Assembly: GCA_038087875.1 (NCBI GenBank)
Contig: JAXLNO010000574.1
Coordinates: 1-59,071 of the forward strand
DNA length: 59,071 nucleotides
Source: Malacoraja senta
Taxonomy: Eukaryota
Reading direction: 5' to 3'
Shown: positions 47,320 to 59,071 of the stretch, in pieces
How the letters are laid out: every line of letters starts with the position of its first letter
Position numbering within the stretch: position 1 is the stretch's first letter
Translations under genes and position numbers: made by a program
Notes under the pieces: generated by a model
Told to the model about the DNA's origin: nothing
The model's input: only the letters and a program-made list of their open reading frames with translations
Databases searched by the model: none

Positions 47320-47900
47320 GAAGAAGGGGGGCGGCCCTGCGCCGTGACGTCCCCCCGCCCTGCCCCTTGACGTACCCCCGCCCTGCCCCATGACGTACCC
47401 CCGCCCCACACACGCACGACTGGTGCCCTGACGTCACGGTGGGGCAGCCGGAAACGCCCCGCCAGCGTTTGCGGGGAACGTGGATAGGTTACACCGCGGC
47501 CTCCCGCTGCCAGGAGGTCGCTGCAGTCGGAGGACCAGAGGGTGCCCAGACTCACTCACTGACATCCCCCTCGGCCCGCAGGACTCCGGCTCCTCGGGTC
47601 GCCGGCTGCAGGATCGCCCTCGGGGAGGGAGGAGGGGGTGGGGAAAGGACGCGGGGCCGAGCGGCGGCGGCTGCTGTTCCCACCTGAGCTCCCGGCGCTG
47701 AGCGGAGGCCCCGCCCCTTCGTTTCACGTCACAAAGGGCCAGGTCCCGCCCCCTCCTTGCGACCAACCAATCAGAGCTGCGTCCCCGCCCCTCGCATGGA
47801 CAGCGCCCTCTGCCAACCGGAGCCGCCCATCCCGCCCTAGCAACGGTTGCCATGGCGTGACGGCCCTGCCCCCGCGGCTCCTACACCACGTGGGGGGAGG
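47320..47900 (-). promoter_or_regulatory. CpG-island promoter and non-coding first exon of ZNF-C
   Basis: High CpG content; CCAATCA at ~47767; several CCCGCCC GC boxes; RFX-like ctagcaac/gttgccatgg at ~47817-47835; TGACGTCA at 47429; minus-strand donor ca|gtgagt at ~47559. Confidence 0.7.
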
Positions 47901-48104
47901 GGAAACAATCACAGCAGCTGCAGAGGCTGCAAACCTGAGATAAAACCTCAAGGTGGGGCCAGAGTTCAAAATGCTGCAGTAACTCAGCGGGAGGGGCAGC
48001 ATCTCTGGAGAGAAGGAATGGGTGACGTTTCGAGGTCGAGACCCTTCCTCAGACTGAGAGTCGAAGGAGAGATGTAGACGGTGACGTGGAGTGATAAGCT
48101 TTTA

Positions 48105-48448
48105 CATAGAAACATAGACAATAGGTGCAGGAGTTGGCCATTCAACCCTTCGAGCCAGCACAGCCATCGACAAACAGGCTGATCATCCACAAACAGTACC
48201 CCGTTACTGCCATCTCCCCATAACCCCTGACTCCGCTATCCATAAGAGCTCTATCTAGCTCTCTCTTGAAAGTATCCAGAGAACCGGCCTCCTCCACCCT
48301 CTGAGGCAGAGAATTCCACAGACTAACAACTGCCTGTGTGAAAAAGTGTTTCCTTGTCTCCGTTCTAAATGGCTTACCCCTTATTCTTAAACTATGGCCC
48401 CTGGTTCTGAAATTCCCCAGCATTGGAAACATGTTTCCTGCCTCTAGC
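48105..48448 (-). mobile_element. CR1 LINE 3' end
   Basis: ORF 48142-48492 plus tail. Confidence 0.85.
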
Positions 48449-51400
48449 AAAGTGTGTCCTGGTTCAGCTCCTGAAGGACCGTGTTGGGGCACTGGAGAAG
48501 CAGCTGGATGACCTCAGGATCATCCGGGAAAATCATGGACAGGACCTGCAGTAAGATCGTTACACCGAAGATACCCGAAGAGAGAAGGGACAGGTCTGCG
48601 AGTCAAAAGGTGAAGCTGAGGCATAACCGAAGAGACAGACGTCAGGCAGAGCCGCGGTAGCTGGGGACGGACAGAGGTTTCTTTTTTTTTCTTTTTTAAA
48701 TATTTGCATTTATTAGAAGTACATTACATTACAACCAATTACATTAGTACTCGTCACATATATCTTATTACAATTAATGTACTCCGTTTATTTTTTACAC
48801 TAATAAAGGGAAAGGATGAGATTGAGAGAAAGGAGAAAGTGAAGGAAAAAATTGAAAGTGTAAAAAACGTGACAACAAAAAAGAACAAAGACCCTATAAG
48901 AAAGATTTTTTTTTTTTAAGTTAAGAAATAGACCCTAAAAAAGAAGAAAAAAGAGAAAGAGGGAAAAGAGAAAAACAAATACTTTTTTGTAAGCATCACG
49001 CAAATGGGACATACCAACTCTCCAGCTTTCATCCCCCCTTACCTGACCTCAGTTTTTTTTAAGTACTCTTGCACCCTATACGTAATAATTCTATAAGTGC
49101 AGACCACGTCAGGTGGAAGTGATCTGGTTTACCTGCCAGGAGGAGTCTTATCTCTTCTAGGTGTAATGTTTCGAACATATTTGAAATCCACATGTTTATA
49201 GTTGGTATTGGAGCGTTTTTCCAGAATTTTAGGATTAACTTTATTCCAGTTATTAACCCATAGTCTATTAATTTCTTTTGGAACACATTTAGTTCTGGAC
49301 TATCTTCCGTTGTTCCGAAGATAATCCATTCTGCTTTGGGTATCAGTTTTATTTTAAATAATTTTGTAAAGATTTCAAAAATTTCAATCCAAAATTTTTG
49401 AATTTTTGTACAGAAAACAAATGAGTGCGCTATAGTAGCTTCTTGAGATTGACATTTATCACAAATGGATGATACATTTGGGAAATTTTATTTGATTTTA
49501 GTTTTGGAATAATATAATATATGTAAAAATTTTAATTGTATTAAAGTGTGTCTTACATTAATCGAACATTTATGCACGTTTAATAAATGTTCATTCCACC
49601 TTTCCTTTGAGATTTTAATAGCTAATTCTTGTTCCCAGTCTCTTCTAATACCTTCCGTAGATGGTATTTCTACATTTAAGATAGTATTATTCAAATATGA
49701 TATTAAGTTTGCTGATTCAGCTTTTATCTGCATTGCTTCATCCAATACATCTGCTGGGCTATTATAATGATCTTTTGTATATTTCCGAGTTTATATTTTA
49801 TTTGTAATTGTTGGAATGATAGTAATTTTCCAGTTTCATACAAGTCACCGAACGTTTTAATTCCTAGTCTATCCCATTGTATGAAAGATTTGTCTGTAAT
49901 AGAGGGATTAAACGAAGGGTTATTAACTATGGGAGATAAAAGCGATACATTTCTTAATTTAAATTTTTTTTAAATTTATTTCCAAGTTCTGATTGTACTA
50001 TGTATAATTGGGTTTTTGTTATAATTTATGTTATTCAGTTTCATTGGTGAGAGGAGGATCGCTCCAATGTTTCCAGAGGAGCAGTCCTCTCTCTCCATTA
50101 CAATCCAGTCCACTTGCTGGGCAGAGTTGTCCATCAGTTGAATCATATTTTTAATATTTACTGACCAATAATAATACATGAAGTTAGGGAGTGCTAACCC
50201 CCCTGATACTTTAGCTTTGTTCACGTGTGTTCTTTGTATTCTATATGATTTATAGTCCCATATAAAATTAGTGATGTCTGAATCCAGTTTTTTTTAAACT
50301 TCTTTGGTAGGTATATAGGAATCGATTGAAATAGGTATCGGGAGCGTTTTCCAAAATTTAATTAGTGTATTTAATTTATTAAGTAAAGGATCAAAATTTG
50401 CTTTAAACGTGCCTTGATATGTTCTAGTGATTTCGATTCCCAAGTATTTAAATTTTTCTGTAGCTATTTTAAAGGGGAATTTTAAAAGATGTGTTGAGTC
50501 TTTCGGTTTTATTGACATAATTTCACTTTTATTCCAATTTATTCTGTATCCAGAAAAAGATCCAAAGTCCTCAATTGAATTTAATATGTTTGGTATAGTA
50601 ATTTGAGGTTTTGTAATGTACAATAATATATCATCTGCGTATAAAGATATTTTATTATTTGAATATTTAGTATTATACCCATGGATATCTGGATGTGTTC
50701 TAATTTTTTCTGCTAACGGTTCAATTATGAGAGCAAACAACTGTGGTGATAATGAGCATCCTTGTCTATTTCCCCCTGATAGTTGAAATTTCGAGGATAA
50801 TATGTTATTAGTTAATATTCTAGCTGTAGGTTTATTATATAATAGTTTAATCCATAAAATAAAATTCTCTCCCAGTTGGAATTTTTGTAATACTTTATCC
50901 ATATAATTCCATTCTACTTGGTCAAATGCTTTTTCAGCGTCCAGCGAAATAATTGATAATTCTTGTTCTTCAGATTTATGTGAGTGCATTATATTGAGTA
51001 GACGTCTCATATTATTAGATGAATATCTCTTAGGGATAAACCCCGTCTGATCTGTGTTTATTAGTTTACTAATATATTTACTTAATCTTCTAGCTAATGT
51101 TTTCGCTAATATTTTTTTAACTGTGTTTAACAATGCTATAGCTCTATATGAACCCGGTTCTTCTATATCTTTGTCTTTTTTAAGTATTAGTGTGATCGTT
51201 GATTCAGCTAATGTATCAGGTAATATTTGTTTTTTTAAAGCATATTGGTACATTTTTTGTAATCGTGGTATAATTTTGTCATAGAAGCTTTTATAAAATT
51301 CATTAGTAAATCCATCAGGACCTGGTGTTTTTCCATTCTTTAATGAGTTTATTGTATCTTCTAATTCCTTAATTGAGATTTGAGCACCCAATTCCTCTTG

Positions 51401-54400
51401 TTCCTTCAACTCTAACTTTGGAAGACTTCCGGTGGCGCCATGTTAGATTAACAGACGTGCACCTAGCTCCGCTCTCGAAAAATTTCGCGATTTTTCGTGT
51501 AAAAACGGGTCCATGTCGGAATTGGATTAAAAACCTTACCGGAGCTTCTGGTCGCCGGGCTGATGACGTCATCAGTAAGCGCGATGTTTTAAACGGTGGC
51601 TTAAAGACTTTTAAATGAGAAAACTGTCTCCAGCCAAGAGCCCTCAGAGAACAGTTAAAAAGCTGCTGAAAAATCTGAAGAAGCCTGAAGGAGAAGTTAC
51701 CTCTGAAGTTTCTGAAGTGGCTGCAGAAATGGATACAAGACAGAGCTGGTTAAGGACAAAGAATTTGAGCATTTGAAGAAATCAGTGAAAGATATGAAAG
51801 ATGAAATTTTGGATGAAAATAAAACTCTGATGGGAAAAATGATGGAAAAAATCGAAAAGATGATGCAGGATTCGAATGCTGGTAATCAGAAGGTGGCTGA
51901 TTCATTGGACACTATTAATAAACGAATTGATGATGTGGATGATGGACTATCGGGGAGAATGGATAAGATGGAAAAAATTACTACGGACAGGTTCACGGCT
52001 GTGCTTCAAACAGTAGCTGCAAGTATGGCCACTATTACGGAATTGGAGAAAAATATGGCTCGAGTGGTTGAAGACATGGCGAAAATGAGGCAAGAACATG
52101 ATCAAAGGAAGCAAGAATATGAGCAAACTTCAGTACAGATGATGACTCAACTGGGGAAAGTCTCAGACAAATGCCTGGACATGGAAGCTCGCTCTAGACG
52201 CCAGAATTTGAGAATTCTTGGAGTCTCAGAGGGAGCTGAGGGAAAGGACGTTCGTGAGTTTGCCATGGACTTACTTAAACATCTGCTTAATCTCTCCAAA
52301 GAACCGAAAATTGAAGTGGCTCATCGTGTTCCAAGATTTAAACCGAGATCTCAAGCTGGAAAAGACCCCCCACGACATATTATTGTGAAATTTCAGGGAC
52401 ATTTTAGAACTGGAAGATGTGATGAGGAAAATTAAATACGGAGTGCAATTACGGATGGACAAAAACATTATCGAAATATTCAGGGACTGACCGTATGAAA
52501 TTGTGCAAAAGAGAAATCAATTTGGAAAGGCAAAAGAGCTTTTAAGAGGGAAACAAGGTGTCAGATACGGTGTTTTTTATCCAGCCAAAATGCGTATTTC
52601 TTTTAACGGTTCTGAAAGGTCATTTGTAAAACCGGAGGATGCGTACAAATATGCTCAGAGCATCGTTGAAAAATAGAAATTAATAGTATGAATTAATCCA
52701 TTTTTTAAAACTAGAATTCCACTGTTAATGGAGGTTTGGCAGATTAGAACCATTTCAAGCAGTGTTTTGTTTAGGATGGCTAGACTGTTATCTGTGGAAT
52801 TTCGAATCAAGGTCACTCTGTGTTCCAAACGAGTAAACAGCTGAACTGAAGAGAATGGAATATACCAGAAGCATTAATTGTTTAATAGATTATAATATTA
52901 AATCCAATTGTAAGAATTGATCCTGTTAACAACCTAACAATTTAACAAGTTATCAATGTTAGATTAGAATAGTAACGGACGCTAATAAAAATAAAAAATA
53001 ATGACCTAACAAAACTAATATGAATTTTTACTAAATCCAAACCTTATCTATAACTGGGAGGAGGGGATGAGAAACGAGCACCTGGCTTAGGTCCAGGGGC
53101 ACGTCTCGTTAACCCCTTCAACCAACAGTTGACTATTATTGAAGCTAAAATCATTTGTTTAATAATTAGTAGCTAAAATTGTGATATATTTATATATGAT
53201 ATGTTATAATGAAATATATAGGGTAAATTTGTATTATATATCTGAATGTGAGCCCCGTTCTAATATGTTATGATTAACCAAGAGAGCGGAGTTATTTGTT
53301 TAACACCAACAATGGAAGTCGAAACAAGGTTTTCTCCCACCTACAGGTGGGCCACTTGTTACAGTGTTGACTATTTTAGACACTGTATTTTCACTTTTTC
53401 AATTTAAAAAAAAAATATTAATATCACATAAACTCACATGTTTGTGTTTAGTGATAAGCGTAAAAGGGATATGCCAACAAAACTTAGAAATTCAAAGGTT
53501 CCCCCAATACCCAAAGATCTGGGATATGGATGCACCACAAGATTTAAAGGTACTATAATTATTCAAAATGTAAGATGCTAAACAAAAGAACCTAGGAGGA
53601 GTCTCATTCCGTAGTTGGAATATAAGAGGTATTAACAAACCTATTAAAAGGGGTAAGATACTAGCTCAGCTGAAACTGTACAACTCTGACATTATCTTCT
53701 TACAAGAAACTCATCTAAAATCTCATGATGAAGCTAGGTTGAGGGCGAAATGGATAGGTCAAACATACCATTCTTTATATACTTCGAAATCTAGAGGTAC
53801 GTCAATCATTATTAGAAAAGGTATACCATTCAAAGCAAAGAATACCATGACAGACATTGAAGGGAGATATTTAATAGTTAATGGAGAAATTCATGATACT
53901 CCAATTACTTTGGTAAATATATACACGCCTAACTTTGACAACCCTCATTTTTTCAATAACATTCTGAACATAATTGCAGAGTTTAATTATCAAAATGTTA
54001 TAATAGGAGGAGACTTTAACTGTGTTTTAGATCCGTATTTAGACAAATCAAGCCAAAAACAGAGAGGGAATACGAAATCTAAAACCGGTGAACTTTTAAA
54101 TACTTATATAAACAATACTAATGTAGTAGATGTTTGGAGAATTGCTAATCCAACTGCCAGGGAATACTCGTTTTATTCAATGGTACATAAAACATACTCA
54201 CGTATAGATTATTTCCTGGTGGACACAAATTAATCCCTCACACTTTGAACCCAACATACCATACAAACTCGATTTCAGACCATTCACCACTAACTTTCTT
54301 TTTAAAACTGGAAGGAATGTCTAAGAATAAACCGTTTTGGAGATTTAATTCTCAAATCCTAAAAGATCCGCAAGCGAGTATATATTTAAAAGAACAAATG

Positions 54401-55895
54401 GACGCCTTTTTTGAAATAAATGACACTCCAGATATATCGCCTACTGTATTATGGGAATCTTTTAAAGCATACATTAGAGGTATTATAATTTCATATCAAG
54501 CTTTTCAAAATAAAAAGAATAAGAATGAACAAAGACAGTTAGAAGAACTTATTAGACAAATGGATATAGATAATGCTAAAGATCCATCAATAGATAAACA
54601 TAATAAAATAATAATTTTGAAATTTAAATTAAATAAACTATTATCAGCCAAACTTATAAGACTTTTTCAAATTACAAAACAAGAACACTTTGAATTTGGG
54701 GATAAACCGCATAAACTTTTGGCTCGCCAGCTAAAAAAACGAGAAAAAGAACATCCCAAAGATTAAATCAGATAGAGGGGAATTATTAACCATACCGAAG
54801 GATATTAATAAAAGATTTGCGCAATTTTATGAGAATTTGTATACATCTAAAACGACAACTGACTCCAATAAAATTACAGAGTTTTTGGATAATTGTAATC
54901 TTCCGGACAGGGGTTTCTGCGGCAACAGGTGGGAGTCAAGGATGGTGTGTTGCCTCCCTGGTGCCAGGATGCAGGACGTCACGGACCGATTGCAGAGCAT
55001 CCTCAAGGGTGAAGGTGAGCAGCCGGAAGTGGTAGTGCATGTCGGCACAAATGACGTCGGGAAGAAGAGGAAAGTCATTCTACAGCGTGACTTCAGAGAA
55101 CTCAGAAGGCAGCTGAAAAGTAGGACCTCCAGGGTGGTTATCTCCGCTTTGCTTCCAGTTCCTCGTGCTGGTGAGGGAAGGAACAGGGAGATAGAGGATC
55201 TCAATATGTGGCTGAGGAGCTGGTGCAGGGAGCAGGGATTTAGATTCTTAGACCACTGGGATCTGCTTTGGGGGAAGGGCGAATTGTACAAAATGGGGGA
55301 ACAACAGGTGGGGGAACAACAATGGCAGGTATTTGTGGGAATAATACAGAAGGTGCAGGATCCGTTCATTCCAAAGAGGAAGAAAGATTCCAAGGGGAGT
55401 AAGGGGCGACCGTGGCTGACAAGGGCAGTCAGGGACAGTATAAAAATAAAAGAGCAGTACAACATAGCAAAGATGAGCGAGAAGCAAGAGGATTGGGTAA
55501 CTTTTGAAGAGCAACAGAAGATTACTAAAAAGGCAATGCGGGAAGAAAAGATGAGGTACGAAGGTAAGCTAGCCAAGAATATAAAGGAGGATAGTAAAAG
55601 CGTCTTTTGGTATGTGAAGAGGAAAAAATTAGTTAAGCCCAAATTTGGACCCTTGAAGACTGAAAAAGGTGAATTTATTATGGGGAACAAGGAAATGGCA
55701 GACGAGTTGAACAGGTACTTTGGATCTGTCTTCACAAACAATCCCCCAGATGTACTAGTGGCCGGAGGATCTAGGGTCATGGAGGAACTGAAGGAAATTC
55801 ACATTAGGCAAGACATGGTGTTGGGTACACTGATGGGACTGAAGGCTGATAAATCCCCAGGCCCTGATGGTCCACATCACAGGGTACTTAAGGAA
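48449..55895 (+). mobile_element. CR1 element (ORF1 coiled-coil and SGNH esterase, ORF2 fragment) split by the L1; CR1 parts are 48449-48682 and 54904-55895
   Basis: KCVLVQLLKDRVGALEKQLDDLRII on the left. On the right DRGFCG..RMVCCLPGARMQDV..VVVHVGTNDVG (CR1 ORF1 esterase), then ORF2 linker up to KADKSPGPDG. Confidence 0.85.
48683..54903 (-). mobile_element. Apparently full-length L1 with an inverted 5' half (3' half 48683-51420 on -, 5'UTR-ORF1-EN 51421-54903 on +)
   Basis: Minus strand: RT (ORF 50294-51409), C-terminus, poly(A). Plus strand: 5'UTR gacttccggtggcgccatg, ORF1 51773-52676, EN ~53575-54233. 15-bp TSD cggacag(a/g)ggtttct at 48668-48682 and 54904-54918. Confidence 0.92.
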
Positions 55896-56214
55896 GGAGA
55901 AGTCAAGGGGGAGGGAGAGAGGGAGGATGGACGGAGAGTTCATTGATTATATCCCTTAGACGGGGGTTTATTGATTATGTACAGCAAGGGGGAAGAGTGG
56001 GGGAGAGATGGAGATGGAGAGAGGGGAGAGGAGGTGTTTATTGATTATTTACCTCATATAACCACTCAGACAGAGGTTTATAACATTTACCCCAGTTTTA
56101 CTCACAGGTGTAGTTTATGTGGAGATTTATTGATTATTTACAGGGGGGACAGACACTGAGAGATGTTTACAACATTATTTACCCCAGTTTTACCATCAGA
56201 CATGTAGTTTATTC

Positions 56215-57925
56215 TTACAAGGCGAAATCAGGAGGCAGCTCGAATGTCCGTGAAACATCACTCCCTGACGAGCTCAATGCGTTTTACGCACGCTTTGATA
56301 GAGAGAACACAGATGTGCCTTGCCGAGCCCCCATTCGCTGTGATGGTATTTCAGTCTTAGTCACAGAGGCCGACGTCAGGAAATCCTTCAGAGGGGTGAA
56401 CCCTCGAAAAGCGCCTGGACCTGATGGTATACCTGGTCGTGTTCTAAAAACCTGTGTGAACCAACTGGCTGGAGTTTTCACGGACATTTTCAACCTCTCA
56501 CTTCTGAGGTCTGAGGTTCCCACCTGCTTCAAAAGGGCATCAATTATACCAGTGCCCAAGAAGAGTAAGGTGACGTGCCTCAATGACTATCGACCTGTGG
56601 CACTAACGCCTGTGGTGATGAAGTGCTTTGAGAGGTTGATCATGACGCAGATCAACTCCTACCTCGACAAAAACCTGGACCCACTGCAGTTCGCTTACCG
56701 CCACAACAGATCAACGGTGGATGAGATCTCGCTGGCCCTCCACTCCGCTCTGGACCACTTGGACAACAAAAACTCATATGTCAGGCTGTTATTCATCGAT
56801 TACAGCTCGGCATTTAATACAATCATCCCCTCCAAGCTGGTTACCAAACTCGCAGAACTGGGTCTCTGCGCATCCCTCTGCAATTGGATCCTCGACTTCC
56901 TCACTCTCAGACCACAGTCTGTTCGTATTGATGGAAATGTGTCAGACTCAATAACAATTAGCACGGGAGCACCTCAAGGCTGCGTGCTCAGTCCCTGCTG
57001 TACTCACTCTATACTCATGACTGCGTAGCCGGACATAGTGCGAACTCCATCATCAAGTTCGCTGACGACACCACTGTTGTGGGACGTATCACTGATGGGG
57101 ATGAGTCAGAGTATAGAAGAGAGATTGAGCAACTGTCCATATGGTGCCGGCACAATAACCTGGCCCTCAACACCAGCAAAACCAAGGAACTGATTGTGGA
57201 CTTTGGACGTAGTAGGATGGGGACCCACAGTCCCGTTTATATCGACGGGTCGATGGTTGAAAGGGTCAAGAGCTTCAAATTCCTGGGCGTGCACATCTCT
57301 GAAGATCTTTCCTGGTCCGAGAAACACTGATGCCATTATTAAGAAAGCACATCAGCGCCTCTACTTCCTGAGAAGATTACGGAGAGTCGGTTTGTCAAGG
57401 AGGACTCTCTCTAACTTCTACAGGTGCACAGTAGAGAGCATGCTGACCGGTTGCATCGTGGCTTGGTTCGGCAACTTGAGCGCCCTGGAGAGGAAAAGAC
57501 TACAAAAAGTAGTAAACACTGCCCAGTCCATCATCGGCTCCGACCTCCCTTCCATCGAGGGGATCTACCACAGTCGCTGCCTCAAAAAGGCTGGCAGCAT
57601 CATCAAGGACCCACACCATCCTGGCCACACACTCATCTCCCTACTACCTTCAGGTAGAAGGTACAGGAGCCTGAAGACTGCAACGACCAGGTTTAGGAAC
57701 AGCTACTTCCCCACAGCCATCAGGCTATTAAACCTGGCTCGGACATAACACTGAACTTTACTAGCCAATACTGTTATTTGCACTTTATCAGTATATTGAC
57801 CATTGTGTATATATTTATAGAATGCCTTGTAGTAAATGCCTACTATGTTCTGTTGTGCTCAAGCAAAGCAAGAATTTCATTGTCCTACCAGGGACACATG
57901 ACAATAAACTCACTTGACGACTTGA
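56215..57925 (+). mobile_element. Rex1/Babar LINE, 5'-truncated and frameshifted; close relative of the 40-42 kb copy
   Basis: ORFs 56117-57028, 57079-57330 and 57194-57748 are nearly identical in peptide to ORF 40286-42184, with the same 3' tail. Confidence 0.92.
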
Positions 57926-59071
57926 GTTCACCAGAATGGTTTAAAAACAAGGAACTGCAGATGCTGGTCCACAAAAAAGGACACAAAATGCTGGAATAAC
58001 TCAGCGGGGCAGGCAGCATCTCTGAAGAGAAGGACTGGGTGACATTTCGGGTCGAAACTGAGGAGGGTCTCGACCAGAACGTTACCCATTCCTTCAGCCT
58101 TTTGTGTCGACCTAAACAGCGCCTATCTATCCACATCGCAGTGGGTACGCCGGTGCTGCCACAGGCTGGACATGCAGGTGAAACCCTTGCAACAATCAGC
58201 GCACACAAAGGGCCTCTCTCTGGCGTGTTGTGCTGGCACCATGTGGACAGTTGCTCGATCTCTCTTGTATACTCTGATTCATCCCCATCAGTGATACGTC
58301 CCACAACAGTGGTGTCATCAGCGAACTTGATGATGGAACTGTATGCAATGCTCCAAATGCTACCTGAACAATGTCCCTTAAAGGTGCACATATACATTCC
58401 TCTCTCCTTATCTCACATCCTTTTATCTCCTTATTTTCCCTCGCCTCTGTCACTTACTTCACTCATCTGCCGATCACCCCCTCATCTGTCAACATAGTGT
58501 CAGTCTGAAGAAGGGTCCTGACCCGAACTATCACCTATCCATGTTCTCCACAGATGCTGCCTAACCGCCGAGTTACTCCAGCACTCTGAAACGTCACCTA
58601 TCCATGTTCTCCACAGATGCTGCCTGACCCGCCGAGTTACTCCAGCACTCTGTGAGACGTCACCTATCCATGTTCCCCACAGATGCTACCTGACCCGCCG
58701 AGTTACTCCAGCACTCTGTGAGACGTCACCTATCCATGTTCTCCACAGATGCTCTGACCCGTTGAGTTACTGCAGCACTTCGTGTTAGTCATAGAGTGAT
58801 ACAGTGTGGAAACAGGAGCTTCGGCCCAACTTGCCCACACCGACCAACATGTCCCAGCTACACTAGCCCCACCTGCCTGCATTTGGTCCATATCCCTCCA
58901 AACTTGGCCTATCTATGTACCTGTCTATAGCTGTTTCTTAAATGTTGGGATAGTCCCAGCCTCAACTACCTCCTGCGGCAGCTTGTTCCATACACCCACC
59001 ACCCTCTGTTGAAAGTCACCCCTCAGATTCCTGTTAAATCTTTTCCCCTTCACCGTGAACCCATGTCCTCT
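57926..59071. pseudogene. Rearranged ZNF paralog 3' remnant (tail on -, 3' flank on +, Rex1 fragment between) with hammerhead motif, 66-bp repeats and CR1 flank
   Basis: 57926-58225 matches the ZNF tail/3'UTR on -. 58228-58337 is a Rex1 fragment on -. 58335-59071 continues the 3' flank on +, with repeats at ~58520-58780. Confidence 0.8.

Noticed and set aside
54837..55946. 369-aa ORF that looks like a novel esterase fusion protein
   Set aside because: Chance read-through from the L1 linker across the TSD into CR1 ORF1/ORF2 and low-complexity DNA.

Overview
Eukaryotic, repeat-dense genomic DNA from a vertebrate, most likely a cartilaginous fish (skate, ray or shark). That assignment is an inference from an HE1-like V-SINE, abundant CR1 LINEs, AT-rich L1s and Penelope-derived repeats. 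The only host-type genes form a cluster of paralogous C2H2 zinc-finger genes with no effector domain: ZNF-A (~20.0-22.6 kb, -), ZNF-B (~35.6-36.9 kb, +), ZNF-C (~45.4-47.9 kb, -), and two 3' fragments (~22.8 kb, ~58 kb). The copies share a splice acceptor, a short N-terminus, an out-of-frame tail of further fingers, and a 3' flank with Penelope-type minimal hammerhead-ribozyme motifs and 66-bp tandem repeats. The divergent ZNF-A and ZNF-B flank a palindromic CpG-island promoter made of repeated ETS-CRE/YY1-like modules, with a mirror-image splice donor on each strand. The rest is nested mobile DNA: CR1, L1, L2, Rex1/Babar, RTE, Vingi, HERO, Penelope, Gypsy and ERV remnants, a solo LTR, SINEs (one AFC-like) and nested DNA-transposon MITEs (a THAP-bearing ISL2EU-like element inside a long-TIR element). 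One L1 is apparently full length, with a twin-priming-type 5' inversion and a 15-bp target-site duplication (TSD). All family names come from motif recognition by eye, not database searches; boundaries without a stated TSD are approximate.
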